A DNA stretch of 64,000 bases, from the IMG/VR virus record IMGVR_UViG_3300005528_000063, positions 1,378 through 65,377 of that record. One strand, written 5' to 3'. Source of the DNA: a virus. Taxonomy: Duplodnaviria > Caudoviricetes. Below, piece after piece: positions 15,979 through 26,850 of this stretch. How positions within the stretch are numbered: position 1 is the first letter of the stretch; each line of letters begins with the position of its first letter. The notes below the pieces were generated by a model. It did not search any database. It saw nothing but the letters and a program-made list of their open reading frames with translations, and was not told the origin of the DNA. Made by a program: the position numbers and the translations under genes.

Positions 15979-16292
15979 GCGAAAGAATTAGGCTTCTACA
16001 GTCATTGCTCAACAGGCCGGATTTTGACCGCGAGCGATTCTATCGCGGCCTTCACGCCGAACCGCCAGCGGGCGAGCCGGCCATGCCGCCAGCGTCCGAC
16101 TACGACGCCATGCGGCAGATGCACGAGCTGCAACAGTTCTATGCACGACATGGCATGCGTGGCCTGTATCACCGTGATCAAGACGGCGGGGATCACGTCG
16201 GCAAAAAGCCGCACGTAATGCCAACGCTCATCCTGAGAAAACTGCAAAGCGAAGGCGACCCTTACATCCCCGAGACTCCGGCAGACAGGTGA
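15975..16292 (+). CDS. Hypothetical protein
   Basis: ATGA overlap; 105 aa. Confidence 0.55.
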   Translation: MSERIRLLQSLLNRPDFDRERFYRGLHAEPPAGEPAMPPASDYDAMRQMHELQQFYARHGMRGLYHRDQDGGDHVGKKPHVMPTLILRKLQSEGDPYIPETPADR

Positions 16293-16396
16293 CGCATGGC
16301 AGTGCCAGGACGATCCGCCCTTGCTGTGCCCGGCGGCCCGGCCGCTGCGATTGCGGCTCGTGCCGCGCCCCTCTAGACGCAGATGTGTGGTGAGCC

Positions 16397-17074
16397 ATGA
16401 GCGACAAGACCTGCACCGACTGCGGCGAAGACTTCCCCCTCACTCGGGACCACTTCCGGGTCAAGAAGGACGGGTCGTTCGACGCTCGGTGCGTGGTCTG
16501 TCGCGCAAAGGTGAACAGGGGCAAGAAGCGCAAGCAGAAGGCCACTGACATGAAGGCCATCGAAGAGGGCGCCCTCAGTGCCTTCACGAAGGCTGCTGGT
16601 CGTGGAGGGGAGAACATCCCGCACTCCAGCGAACTGCTTGAGCGGCTGATGGAATACTTCGGCGGGTCCAGCGGGTTCGCCGCGATGATGGTGAAGCAGT
16701 ACTTCGACGCACCTCCAGGCGGCTCGCACCGCACCAAGCTACTGGAGGGCATCGTGCGGCTCGTCACGAAGAACACTGAGCTTGGCGGCGCCAAGAAGCC
16801 ACTCACCCAGTGGTCGGACGAAGAGCTTGAGAGCGAACTCGATCAGCGGCTGGGCCGCATTGCCATGAGCATTCAGGGAGGATTCCTCAATGTCCAAGTC
16901 GCGCCGGAAACCCCCGCAGATTTCGCCGCTGCCGTCCGTCAAGCGATTGGGGGCGTTCCAGCAGAGCGAGCTGAAGGAGATGCAGGCGGAGCTGGCGAGC
17001 CGCCGGATCGAAGCCTTGAAGCTCTACCGGCCGACTCCGCAGCAGGAGGAGATTCACAAGTGCAAGGCGAGTGA
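16397..17074 (+). CDS. Zn-finger protein, candidate small terminase
   Basis: CTDC...CVVC at the N-terminus; WSDEELESEL motif; directly upstream of and overlapping TerL. Confidence 0.55.
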   Translation: MSDKTCTDCGEDFPLTRDHFRVKKDGSFDARCVVCRAKVNRGKKRKQKATDMKAIEEGALSAFTKAAGRGGENIPHSSELLERLMEYFGGSSGFAAMMVKQYFDAPPGGSHRTKLLEGIVRLVTKNTELGGAKKPLTQWSDEELESELDQRLGRIAMSIQGGFLNVQVAPETPADFAAAVRQAIGGVPAERAEGDAGGAGEPPDRSLEALPADSAAGGDSQVQGE

Positions 17075-18596
17075 GATTCTCGTACTGGGCGGCAACCGCT
17101 CAGGCAAGTCGCTCTGCACGTTCGTCGAGGATGCCCGTGCCGTCTGCGGGAAAGACCCGTACGGCAAGTACCCAGAGAAGGACGGCATCCTGGCGATTGT
17201 CGGCAAGGACTGGAAGCACATCGGCCTTGTCGTCTACCCCATGCTGTTCATGGCGGGTGCGTTCAAGATCATCAAGGACGAGCAGACCGGCGAGTGGCGG
17301 GCCTACAACCCGCTGACTGATTCGGCGCGAGAGAAGGAGGCCAAGCCAGCGCCTCCGCTGATTCCGCCTCGCATGGTGGCGAAGAAGTCGTGGATTTTGA
17401 AATCAGCGCGGTACATCCAGTCCTGCACGCTGACGAACGGCTGGCAGATTTACTTCTTCTCGTCTGAGGGAGAGCCTCCGCAGGGCTGGCAGGCGAACAG
17501 GGTCCACATCGACGAGGACGTAAACAACGGCGATGCGTGGGTTCCTGAGATGCAGGCTCGTCTCTCCGACCGTCGCGGTGTGCTGTCTTGGTCGGCTATG
17601 CCGCACTCCCGGAATGACTCGCTTCAGTCGCTGGCAGAGCGGGCCGACAAGCTTGTCGAGCAAGGGGTCGAGAACCCGGCCATCGTCAAGTTCCAGCTGC
17701 GCTTTCTCGACAACCCCCATATCCCGTCCGATGAGAAGACCAAGCGCATCGAGGCGTGGGCTGCGCTGGGCGAGGACGTCTTGCGGATGCGCAGCGAGGG
17801 CGAGTTCATCAGCGACTCGATCCTCTGCTACCCCACGTTCGCCATGCACATTCATGGCTACGAGCGCACGGAGCTAGAGAACCTCACCGTGCCGCCCGAC
17901 TGGTGCCGGTACGCGGCCATCGACCCTGGACACGCCGTGACGTCGGTGCTGTTTGCTGCCGTTCCGCCAGACGAGTCGATGCTCTTGATCTACGACCAGC
18001 TCTATATCCGCAACTGCAACGCCATCATCTTCGGGGAGAAGATGCGCGAGAAGTGCATGGGGCAGAACTTCCACGCCTTCCTCATCGACATGCACGGCGG
18101 CCGCCTCCGGGAAATCGGGTCAGGCCGCCTGCCGGTCGAGCTGTACACGGAGGAGCTGAAGAAGCAGGGCGTGTCGAGCCAGACCACCGGGCACAGTTTT
18201 ATTGCTGGCTGTGATGACATTCAGGCCCGCATGTCGGCCGTCCGCAACTACCTGCACATTCGCCCTGAGGGCAAGCCGACGCTGCGGGTGCTGCGGAGCG
18301 CCTGCCCCGACCTCGAGCGGGAAATGAAGCGCTACAAGCACAAGACCCAGCTGGTTGCCGGAACCTACGTGGTGACGGACCAGCCGAACACTCGGGGCGA
18401 AGTCCACGCCTGCCAGTGTCTTGAGTATTTGTGTGCCTATCGACCTCGATACCACAAGCCTAAGGTGGATGCCGGTCCCGAACCCTGGTACGTCGACTGG
18501 ATGCGGAAGCGCAAGAAGCGCATGGCCGCAGAGGCCGACGACTTCATCTTCTTAGGCCCACAGTCAGGAGCAAAATATGGAAGCCGAATCCTTTAG
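16890..18596 (+). CDS. terL: Terminase large subunit
   Basis: Walker A GGNRSGKS, Walker B VHIDED, nuclease AIDPG. Confidence 0.92.
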   Translation: MSKSRRKPPQISPLPSVKRLGAFQQSELKEMQAELASRRIEALKLYRPTPQQEEIHKCKASEILVLGGNRSGKSLCTFVEDARAVCGKDPYGKYPEKDGILAIVGKDWKHIGLVVYPMLFMAGAFKIIKDEQTGEWRAYNPLTDSAREKEAKPAPPLIPPRMVAKKSWILKSARYIQSCTLTNGWQIYFFSSEGEPPQGWQANRVHIDEDVNNGDAWVPEMQARLSDRRGVLSWSAMPHSRNDSLQSLAERADKLVEQGVENPAIVKFQLRFLDNPHIPSDEKTKRIEAWAALGEDVLRMRSEGEFISDSILCYPTFAMHIHGYERTELENLTVPPDWCRYAAIDPGHAVTSVLFAAVPPDESMLLIYDQLYIRNCNAIIFGEKMREKCMGQNFHAFLIDMHGGRLREIGSGRLPVELYTEELKKQGVSSQTTGHSFIAGCDDIQARMSAVRNYLHIRPEGKPTLRVLRSACPDLEREMKRYKHKTQLVAGTYVVTDQPNTRGEVHACQCLEYLCAYRPRYHKPKVDAGPEPWYVDWMRKRKKRMAAEADDFIFLGPQSGAKYGSRIL

Positions 18597-18936
18597 CCCG
18601 CCGACGGTCAGGATTGGCGACAGCGTGTACTGGTATCACGACCCGCTCACCTGCGCCGAGCCGGTGCTTGGGTGGATCGTGCAGCGGCCGGGCATCAACA
18701 CGGTCTGCGTGCTGACGTTCAGTCCGCTCTCCGGCTTTCAGGAGAAGCCCTCCGTCCGGCACCGCGACGATCCCGGTCTTCAGGAAAACCCCGACTGGCG
18801 GCAGTGGGGATGCTGGGAGTTCTCTCCGCAGACCGCACAGCTCAAGAAGCTCGACGGCTTGATGTCTCAGATCGCCAACCTGACGGAACAGGTTGCCCTT
18901 GCAAGGAAGCAAAACGGTGGAACCAAGAACGGGTGA
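18577..18936 (+). CDS. Hypothetical protein
   Basis: AGGAG RBS; PTVRIGDSVYWY...GCWEF. Confidence 0.7.
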   Translation: MEAESFSPPTVRIGDSVYWYHDPLTCAEPVLGWIVQRPGINTVCVLTFSPLSGFQEKPSVRHRDDPGLQENPDWRQWGCWEFSPQTAQLKKLDGLMSQIANLTEQVALARKQNGGTKNG

Positions 18937-20941
18937 GGATGCCCTGCGCTCGATTGCGCAAGGGTGGATCAAGAAGATCGAGCTGTCGCTGAAGCACAAG
19001 CGCCCCTTCACGGAAGACGCGAAGGAGGCGATGTGCTTCTTCGACGGTCCTCACAACTGGTTCTGGCGTGACACGTACGCCCGGCACGAGTACGGCTACA
19101 ACCGCACGATTGCGCCCCCCGCCTTTCGTATGCAGTGCAACCGTGTTTTCGAGGCCGTGAAGCTGTTCGGCAGCGTCATCTACCACCGCAATCCGGTGCG
19201 TACGGTCACGCCGGCCCGCTACCCGTTCGTCACGCCAGAGGTGGTTGGCGCCATGGACGACGCCAGCATGATGGCGTACCAGCAGGCTGCCCAAGAGACG
19301 ATGCGCCTGTCGGAGGTGCGCAAGGTGGCGGCCCTGCTGATGGAGCGATACTTGAACTACACCCCCAACGAGCTTGACCTCAAGACGCACAGTCGCCGCG
19401 TCGTGGACGAGGCCATCATCAAGGGGATGGGCGTGTGGTGGACGGAGCTTGTCCAGCTTCCCGGCACCAACATGGCGCTCGTGGGGTCGTTCGCGGACAG
19501 CGTCGACAACTTTACGATGGACCCGGACGCCACCGAGATCGAGGACATTACGTGGTGCGCCCGCCGCTGCACGCACCCGATCGACGTCGTGGCTCGTCAG
19601 TACGGCCTCGACCGGGAGCAGCTCAAGGGCCACCTCGAAGGCGTCAAGCCGATTGACGGCGATGCCGAGTCGCAGATTTTCAGCGACGACGACGCTCCCT
19701 ACAAGGGGCGCCGTGTCGGCAAGAGTAATGAGCTGGTGACCTACTGGAAGATTTGGAGCAAGACGGGGCTGGGCGACCGACTCAAGGACATGCCCAAAGA
19801 CCTCGTCGGCGCCTTCGACGGGCTGGGCGACAACTGCTACGTCGTGGTGTGCGAGGGCGTGAATTTCCCCCTCAACATGCCGCCGTCGATGCTGGAGGCT
19901 CCCGTCGAGGAGTCGGCTGGCGTGCCGCCGGACCTGTTCCGTGCGGTGCAGTGGCCGATCCCGTTCTGGGCAGAGGCGAATGGCTGGCCGTTCGTGCCGC
20001 TCGACTTCCACCGGAAGCCCGGCTACATCTGGCCCATCTCGCACATCAAGCCCGGCATTGGCGAGCTTCGGTTCATCAACTTCGCGCTGTCGTTCATCGC
20101 CCAGCGCGTTGCCGTCAGCTGCGAGACGCTGCTTGGCGTCAGCAAGGCTGCGGACCAAGACATCAAGGATCAAATCCTTGCTGGCTCGGAAAAGGGATTC
20201 AAGGTCGTCGAGATCAGCGAAACGCTCGGCCGCAGCGTGAACGACCTCATCTCGGTCTTCCAGATGCCGGAGGTTTCTCCGGAGTTGTGGAAGATTTTGG
20301 AGGCCGTGACGGCGATGTTCGACAAGCGGGTCGGCCTGACCGAACTCGCCTACGCTATGACCTCCAGCCAGATACGGAGTGCCACAGAGGCGACCGTGAA
20401 GGCGGAGCAGCTGTCGGTGCGCCCAGACGACATGGCGAACCGGCTAGAAGACTCTATGAGTCTGCTGGCTCGCAGGGAGGCGTTTGCGGCCCGGTGGCTC
20501 TTGGAGCCGCAGGATGTCGAGCCGGTCATCGGGCCGCTTGGTGCCGCCGCATGGGCGCAGCACGTCAAGCCGCTGGACCCGGCGGTCCTGGCTCGGGAGT
20601 TCGAGTACCGCATCGAGGCCGGCTCGGCCCGCAAGCCGAACAAGGCGACCCGTGTCGAGCAGATGCAGGCCGCCCTCCAGACGCTTGGGCCGATCCTGCA
20701 AGGGCTGGTGCCGATGGGAGTCGTAGACCCGCTGAACGCCCTCATCACCGACTGGGCCGACAGCCTCGACATCGACGCCAAGCCGTACCTCATTCCACCC
20801 CCTCCGGCGCCGCCTGCGCCTGACCCATCCCAGCAGCCGCCCGCAGGCCCGGAGGGGGTGGGTGGGGGTTCTGAGGCTCCGCTGCCTCCAGAAGCCCCGC
20901 CGGCCGACATTCCGCAGGTGCCGCCAGAAATGCAGCCGTGA
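18917..20941 (+). CDS. Portal protein
   Basis: About 674 aa after TerL; SATEA motif, IEAGSARKPN, Pro-rich tail typical of podovirus portals. Confidence 0.8.
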   Translation: MEPRTGEDALRSIAQGWIKKIELSLKHKRPFTEDAKEAMCFFDGPHNWFWRDTYARHEYGYNRTIAPPAFRMQCNRVFEAVKLFGSVIYHRNPVRTVTPARYPFVTPEVVGAMDDASMMAYQQAAQETMRLSEVRKVAALLMERYLNYTPNELDLKTHSRRVVDEAIIKGMGVWWTELVQLPGTNMALVGSFADSVDNFTMDPDATEIEDITWCARRCTHPIDVVARQYGLDREQLKGHLEGVKPIDGDAESQIFSDDDAPYKGRRVGKSNELVTYWKIWSKTGLGDRLKDMPKDLVGAFDGLGDNCYVVVCEGVNFPLNMPPSMLEAPVEESAGVPPDLFRAVQWPIPFWAEANGWPFVPLDFHRKPGYIWPISHIKPGIGELRFINFALSFIAQRVAVSCETLLGVSKAADQDIKDQILAGSEKGFKVVEISETLGRSVNDLISVFQMPEVSPELWKILEAVTAMFDKRVGLTELAYAMTSSQIRSATEATVKAEQLSVRPDDMANRLEDSMSLLARREAFAARWLLEPQDVEPVIGPLGAAAWAQHVKPLDPAVLAREFEYRIEAGSARKPNKATRVEQMQAALQTLGPILQGLVPMGVVDPLNALITDWADSLDIDAKPYLIPPPPAPPAPDPSQQPPAGPEGVGGGSEAPLPPEAPPADIPQVPPEMQP

Positions 20942-20964
20942 CGGGACACAAACCTATGGGTGCC

Positions 20965-21516
20965 ATGAGCGACGCTATCGACCTGCCGCCGGACATTGCC
21001 AACGCCTCGCACGAGGTGCGGTCGCACTACGTCCGCATGGTGCAGGACGGCCAGAGCCCCCGCTTTGCCGAGATGTGCGCTCTCCAGGCTCCTCCCGGCA
21101 CGCGAGGCACAGATCGGGCCTTCATGCAGGGCCGCATGGCTGGCGAGTGGCTAAACGCTCTGCCAAAGAAGCAGGCGGCTTGGCTTATCAAGCAGGCGGA
21201 AGCAGCCGGGATCAGCACGACCGGCAAGTTCTACATGGGCGGAATCGCGGACAAGCGGGGCCACCTCGACCCAGAGGCGTGGGTGGATTCGACCGCCGAC
21301 ATTCTCAAGGTGGCGAAGAAGCGCGACCTCGAAGTTCACGGAATCGTGGACTACGTGCCGCCCGAGAAAGGCCCACCGAAAGAGGTCGACATCAACCCCC
21401 GCATCCTTCGTGAGCATGTCCGCAAGGAGATGAAAGCCAACCCGAAGCTCAAGCGCGGAGAGGCGATCGAGAAGGTGAAGGACCGCATTGTGCCCCACTG
21501 GAAAAGGAAGAAGTGA
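20965..21516 (+). CDS. Hypothetical protein
   Basis: Long ORF in the structural operon. Confidence 0.7.
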   Translation: MSDAIDLPPDIANASHEVRSHYVRMVQDGQSPRFAEMCALQAPPGTRGTDRAFMQGRMAGEWLNALPKKQAAWLIKQAEAAGISTTGKFYMGGIADKRGHLDPEAWVDSTADILKVAKKRDLEVHGIVDYVPPEKGPPKEVDINPRILREHVRKEMKANPKLKRGEAIEKVKDRIVPHWKRKK

Positions 21517-21848
21517 TGCCGAACAAGATCGAACGCCTGAACTCGATTGCCGGGCCAATCACGGTCACGGCCTCTGCTGCAACTAGCCCCAAGATTCCGT
21601 TCGGCCCTGCCGGCGGTGGCGTCATCATCGTGGACTCGCTGGCTGGGGGCGCAACCACGCTGGCGTGGCACGTCGCCTTCGGTCCCGACCTTGAGGCTCG
21701 CCCGCTCTTCGACGGCACGACCGCTGTCACGACCAGCGTGACGGCTGGCCGAGCCTACGCCATTCCGGATGCGGCCTTTGCGGCTCCGTACATCGTGGCC
21801 GTTGCCAATGCCGGCACTGCTTCCATTCGCATCAGCGTGAAGGGCTAG
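21516..21848 (+). CDS. Small beta-rich structural protein
   Basis: TGATG coupling; Ala/Thr/Val-rich. Confidence 0.65.
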   Translation: MPNKIERLNSIAGPITVTASAATSPKIPFGPAGGGVIIVDSLAGGATTLAWHVAFGPDLEARPLFDGTTAVTTSVTAGRAYAIPDAAFAAPYIVAVANAGTASIRISVKG

Positions 21849-21855
21849 ATCACAC

Positions 21856-24800
21856 ATGGCGCTCGTCAGGATTCAGGTTCGTCGCGATCCGGCCGCCACA
21901 TGGGCGGCAGCCAACCCGGTCCTCGCAGCTGGCGAGCCGGGCCTCGAGACGGATACTGGCAAGATCAAGTACGGCGACGGCGTTCGCGCCTGGAACTCGC
22001 TGCCGTACTCGTCGGGCGTCAGCTTGGGCAGCAGCGTTCCGCCGGCGGCAGGGACGGCTGCGGCTGGGACGAGCCAGGACGCTGCGCGAGCGGATCACTC
22101 GCATGCCCTGCCGACGAACCTTCAGGCCCAGACGATCCAGGCTTCCGGCAGTGCCTCTGTCGGCGGCACGCTGACCGTCACCGGGCAGCTTATTGGTGGC
22201 ACGCACCGGCACAACGCTGCCGACATCAACGACCTTACGGCCGCCGTTTTCTCTCGCATCGTCTCGTCCATCAAGGCCGGAGCGAACATCCAGGCGGAGG
22301 TCGACAGTGCAGCGCAGACGATCACGCTCAGCAGCACGTCCGCAGGCTCTGCACCACTGGTAATCACGCAGAATCCGATCGACTACGCAGCGACGAGCGG
22401 AACGGCCACCTTCTCTGCCACAGCCATCGGAGGCCGAGACACGCTTACCTACGAGTGGCAGGTATCCACAGACGGCGGCAACACGTGGGCCGCAGTTCCT
22501 GGCGCCAGCGGCTCTACACTCGTGCTTTCTGGCGTCACCGGCGCGATGAGCGGCAATCGCTATCGCCTTCAAGTGTCGTCGGGCACTGAGGTGGTGGTTT
22601 CAGCGCATGCCGTCCTGACTGCCGGCGGAGTGACCATTACCGCGCAGCCCCCCGACTCGACGGTCGACGTTGGCGGCACTGTCCGGTTGGCGGTGGCCGC
22701 ATCGGCAGGGTCGACGGCCATCTCCTACCAGTGGCAGCAGTACAACGCGACATCCGACTCGTGGGCCGACGTCCCAGAGGCCGACCTGCCCGTGTATTCG
22801 TTCATTGCCGCCGCCGCTACAGGCTCCTCTGGTAATCAGTATCGCGCCGTCGTGAGGGCGGCGGGCCAGACGGTCGAGTCTCGCACTGCCGTCGTTGTGG
22901 TTCGCCCGGCGGCCGTATCGTTTCCGGTGCAGCCAGAGAGCACCACAGACGTTGCCGGCGCCGCCACGTTTGCCGCCGACGTTGTGGGTGGCACTGATCC
23001 GCTGGTACTGCGGTGGCAGAGGCTCGGTGGCGGCTCGTCTGCGTGGAGCAGCTCCAGTGTGTTTGAGGACATACCGGACGGGGCGTCTGGCGTGAGCGGC
23101 CAGGCCGCAGAGACGTTGTTGCTGACAAGCCAGACTGCGTCGCAGCATCTGCGCCGCTATCGCCTAAAGGTGACGGACGCAGACTCCCGCGTCGCCTACA
23201 GCGCAGAGGCCACGCTTCGCACGCTGTCTTTGGAGATAACCGCACACCCGGAGGACGTTTCAGCAACTTCTGGCGACACGCTGTCGGCATCCGCCTTCTC
23301 CGTGACAGCATCGGCCGACGGGGGCGTCACGTACCAGTGGCAGAAGTCAGTCAATAACGGCACGACTTGGTCGAACATCGCCGGAGCCACGTCTGCGACA
23401 TACGGCGGATTTGCCGTCACGTTCCTCGACGACGGCGCGTTGTTTCGGTGCGCCGTGACTGGCGACGGCCAGACGCTGAACAGCGAGTCGGCCTCGCTGG
23501 CTGTAGCCGCGCCTGCGCTTACGATCACCACGCAACCCCAGAACGTCACCGCCACAGGATCGACCGCCACCTTCTCCTTCGGCCACTCCGGCGGCCCGTC
23601 AGTTACGCCTCAGGTGTACTGGGAGTCGCGAACGGCCTCTACCGGGTGGGTGCGCATCCCTGGAGCCACCACCACAACGCTCGCCGTTTCCGGCATCACG
23701 CCAGAAAACAACGGAACCGCATATCGTGGCGTCGTGCAGCGAGGCTCCGCCACCGCGTTCACCGACGCGGTCACGCTGACCGCTCCAGGCGCAATCATTT
23801 TCTTGCAGCCGCAAGACGCGACGGCAGCGTCCGGTAACGCCAGCTTCAGCGTGGACTTTACGTCCGTCGCTTGCTCTGCGCCGACAATTACGTGGCAGCT
23901 GCGCACCTCGCCAAGCGGCTCATGGTCTGCCGTTGCCGGCGCCGGGAGCGTCAAGACGCTTGAGATCGGAGGGCTGACGACATCGTTCAGCGGCTACCAA
24001 TACCGCGCACTCGTGGCGTGCGGCGGAAGAGAGGTTGCGTCGAATCCAGCCACGCTCACGGTCCCAGTGCCTCCGGTCGTTATCACAACTCAGCCAAGCG
24101 ACGCCACTGCCGCTCTGGCGCAGGCGACGTTTACGTTTGCCTTCTCCGGCGGCGACGGCTCTGCGCCCAGCATCGTGTGGGAGCGGGCGCTTCCAGGCGG
24201 CGCGTTTGCCGTCGTGCCCGGCGCCACTACGAACACGCTGGCGGTCAACGGCATAACGACATCCATGTCTGGCGCACAGTATCGTGCGACCGTGACTATC
24301 GGCTCTCAGTCCGCCACGACCCGCTCCGCAGTGCTGACCGTCGGCGGCGCCACGATCACGCTTCACCCCGTAGACGCCATTGCGGTCGATAGGGCCGCGA
24401 CGTTCACCTTCGACTTCTCGTCGTCGTGCTCGTCGCCCTCAATTCAGTGGGAGAGCAAGCCGCCGACGTTCACCGTGTGGTCGCCGGTGCTCGGGGCCAC
24501 TTCGCGCACCCTGTCTCTTACTAACCTGCTGCCGTCCGATTCCAACCGCCAATATCGTGCCGCCGTTGAGTGCGGCGGATCGGTTTCGTACTCCAGCGCT
24601 GCCACGCTGACCGTTCCGTCCTACGAGTTTTTTATCACCCAGCCCGGCTCTCAGAGCGTCAATGCCGGCGACACCGTGACGTTCTCGTACCAGGGCATGT
24701 TCAATGTCCCGGATTACCAAGCGCGCTGGCAGATGCGGCGGATCGGCGGCGGCTGGTCTAATGTGGCTCGCGGTCAGTCCTACACCTTCAAAGCCAACGC

Positions 24801-26838
24801 TCGCGCGCACCACAACACCGAGTGGCGAGTGCAGGTTGCCACTCCTGGCGGCGTGCTGTTTAGTGCTGTAGCGAGGCTGACCGTTGGTAAGCTGACTTCG
24901 ACCAAGCCAGTGGCGCTCGCCGGAACATCCGATCTCGTCGGCATCGCCTATGCGAAGGGTGCGTTCGTGGCGTTAGCATCTGACCAGACGGCCATCATTC
25001 GCCGATCCACAGACGGTGGCGACACGTGGCAGACGCACTGGCTTCCCGAGTCTCGCTACTGGGACGGCGTTACTGCCAGCCAGAACGGAGCGCTGTTCGC
25101 GTACGGCAGCGGCGAGAGCGGAACCGTCAACGCCGACTTTTCTCCACAAACCAACCCCAACACGCCGTTCAACTGGACGCCGACGTGGAGGGACGATCCC
25201 GACTCCCGCGTTGGCCCGAAGCGGACGGCCACTGTGGCGCGGAGCCTGGACGGCGGTAGGACGTGGGCAAAGCTCCAGCTTCCATTCTTCGCAGGCAACT
25301 GCCTGCGGATGTGGGGAACGAATTACAACAACGCGGTCGTGGCGTTCTTTTTCTCCGAGAGCCTGACGGGACGGCGCAGCCGAGAGCACTGGTGGTTTGG
25401 GTCGCGCGCCGGAGCCGGCGGTGGGCGGCGTCGCAACGGACGGCTGAAGATGGCCGTGACGCTCAATGATGGCGCCTCGTGGAGCGTCTTTGATTGGCCG
25501 CTGCCCCCGCAGGGTGGCGCCGTGTATCCACCTCCGCGCGCCCTTGTTCCAAAGCAGGTCGCCATCAGCCCGTCTGGGGTCATGGTGGTCGCCACTCGCG
25601 TGACAGACTTTGGCGCAGACAAGGAATACCCTGGCCTGCTGTTGACGAGAAACATAGCGGCAAGCGGCTGGGGCACGCCCACGACCGCATCGACGGCCAC
25701 TATTAGGATTGCCACTAGTAACGGCAACTCAGCGCGCACCATCGCGACTGGCCTCCTTCGCACCGGCGGCGTGGTGGGCGACCTGACATACAGCCGCTCT
25801 CCGTCGCTGGCGGAAGGATTCAATGTGGGCCGCGCAATCACCAACCACGACGCCAATTCGGTCGAGTGGGTTCCCGGCGCCGGATTCATTGCTGCGCATG
25901 ACAGGTATCGCGTGGCAATGATTTCTCAGGACGGAAACCTGTGGGGGGCCGTGCCGACCGAGCGCATCTTAGGCGAAGTGCCGCTGCACGTCGTGGGCAA
26001 CGCGCTGTACGGCATCGACACGACGCTTCCCAATTACGAATGGGTGACGACAGCCACGTCTGAGTCGTATCCCGACTTCGTCAACATGAATCTTGGCATC
26101 ACGACCATCACGGACACGGTGAACTGCTGGGCGCACAGCCCGTCCGAGATCATGCTTCTTGAGACTGGTGGGTCGATTACGTGGATTCCTCGCGACGACG
26201 CTCCGAGCGCCAATCCCGGCGAGCTGGCCGACCCTGACTCGCCAGACGACCTCACCGTCGAATCTCGCTCACAGTCCGCAGTCCTCTCTTGGACGCCGTC
26301 GCCGAGCGCGACCGCAAACCCACCGCAGCGATACGACGTGGAGTACACATCCGACGATGGCAGGACGTGGACGACGCACACCGCTCCGGCCAGCACAGCT
26401 ACTTCGCGCACGGTGTCGGGCTTGACGCGCGGCACGACGTACTACTTCAGGGTGGCGGCAGTGTTTTCGTCTGGGACAAAGGCGTACTCCGCGTGGAGCC
26501 CACCAGTCACGCCTGCCGCCTCGCCGCCTGGAGCGCCGGCGTGGGTTCGCGCCATGTGGAGCCAAGTGGCGCTGCCGGGCAATCCGCGAAGGATACTTGT
26601 CTCGTGGGGAGCGCCTACGGACGACGGAGGCGCTCCCATCACCTCGTACATCGTCCAGACGTCGGACGGCTTGGCCACCCTCGCCAACCATATTAACTTG
26701 ACGCGGCTCACGGCGTTTATCGACCCCGCGCTTCTGCGCAGCCGTCCCGGCGGAGCCAACGCGGCGACGTTCCGCGTGCTCGCGGTCAATTCGGCAGGCA
26801 TTAGCGCTGCAAGCCCCACGTCCGGTGTAGCCAGCTAG
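21856..26838 (+). CDS. Large fibre/adhesin: Mtd_N-like N-terminus, about 9-10 Ig-like repeats, BNR/Asp-box region, two FN3 domains
   Basis: WAAANPVLAAGEPGLETDTGKIKYGDG; repeated ITxQP..ATF..YQW..YR units; STDGGDTW and SLDGGRTW Asp-boxes; GLTRGTTYYFRVAA. Confidence 0.85.
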   Translation: MALVRIQVRRDPAATWAAANPVLAAGEPGLETDTGKIKYGDGVRAWNSLPYSSGVSLGSSVPPAAGTAAAGTSQDAARADHSHALPTNLQAQTIQASGSASVGGTLTVTGQLIGGTHRHNAADINDLTAAVFSRIVSSIKAGANIQAEVDSAAQTITLSSTSAGSAPLVITQNPIDYAATSGTATFSATAIGGRDTLTYEWQVSTDGGNTWAAVPGASGSTLVLSGVTGAMSGNRYRLQVSSGTEVVVSAHAVLTAGGVTITAQPPDSTVDVGGTVRLAVAASAGSTAISYQWQQYNATSDSWADVPEADLPVYSFIAAAATGSSGNQYRAVVRAAGQTVESRTAVVVVRPAAVSFPVQPESTTDVAGAATFAADVVGGTDPLVLRWQRLGGGSSAWSSSSVFEDIPDGASGVSGQAAETLLLTSQTASQHLRRYRLKVTDADSRVAYSAEATLRTLSLEITAHPEDVSATSGDTLSASAFSVTASADGGVTYQWQKSVNNGTTWSNIAGATSATYGGFAVTFLDDGALFRCAVTGDGQTLNSESASLAVAAPALTITTQPQNVTATGSTATFSFGHSGGPSVTPQVYWESRTASTGWVRIPGATTTTLAVSGITPENNGTAYRGVVQRGSATAFTDAVTLTAPGAIIFLQPQDATAASGNASFSVDFTSVACSAPTITWQLRTSPSGSWSAVAGAGSVKTLEIGGLTTSFSGYQYRALVACGGREVASNPATLTVPVPPVVITTQPSDATAALAQATFTFAFSGGDGSAPSIVWERALPGGAFAVVPGATTNTLAVNGITTSMSGAQYRATVTIGSQSATTRSAVLTVGGATITLHPVDAIAVDRAATFTFDFSSSCSSPSIQWESKPPTFTVWSPVLGATSRTLSLTNLLPSDSNRQYRAAVECGGSVSYSSAATLTVPSYEFFITQPGSQSVNAGDTVTFSYQGMFNVPDYQARWQMRRIGGGWSNVARGQSYTFKANARAHHNTEWRVQVATPGGVLFSAVARLTVGKLTSTKPVALAGTSDLVGIAYAKGAFVALASDQTAIIRRSTDGGDTWQTHWLPESRYWDGVTASQNGALFAYGSGESGTVNADFSPQTNPNTPFNWTPTWRDDPDSRVGPKRTATVARSLDGGRTWAKLQLPFFAGNCLRMWGTNYNNAVVAFFFSESLTGRRSREHWWFGSRAGAGGGRRRNGRLKMAVTLNDGASWSVFDWPLPPQGGAVYPPPRALVPKQVAISPSGVMVVATRVTDFGADKEYPGLLLTRNIAASGWGTPTTASTATIRIATSNGNSARTIATGLLRTGGVVGDLTYSRSPSLAEGFNVGRAITNHDANSVEWVPGAGFIAAHDRYRVAMISQDGNLWGAVPTERILGEVPLHVVGNALYGIDTTLPNYEWVTTATSESYPDFVNMNLGITTITDTVNCWAHSPSEIMLLETGGSITWIPRDDAPSANPGELADPDSPDDLTVESRSQSAVLSWTPSPSATANPPQRYDVEYTSDDGRTWTTHTAPASTATSRTVSGLTRGTTYYFRVAAVFSSGTKAYSAWSPPVTPAASPPGAPAWVRAMWSQVALPGNPRRILVSWGAPTDDGGAPITSYIVQTSDGLATLANHINLTRLTAFIDPALLRSRPGGANAATFRVLAVNSAGISAASPTSGVAS

Positions 26839-26850
26839 GCATGGAGGCGG

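Noticed and set aside
16890-17074. Stop-codon reassignment to explain several 170-200 bp gene overlaps
   Set aside because: TAA, TAG and TGA all end conserved genes at sensible positions; the overlaps look like low-complexity run-on tails.
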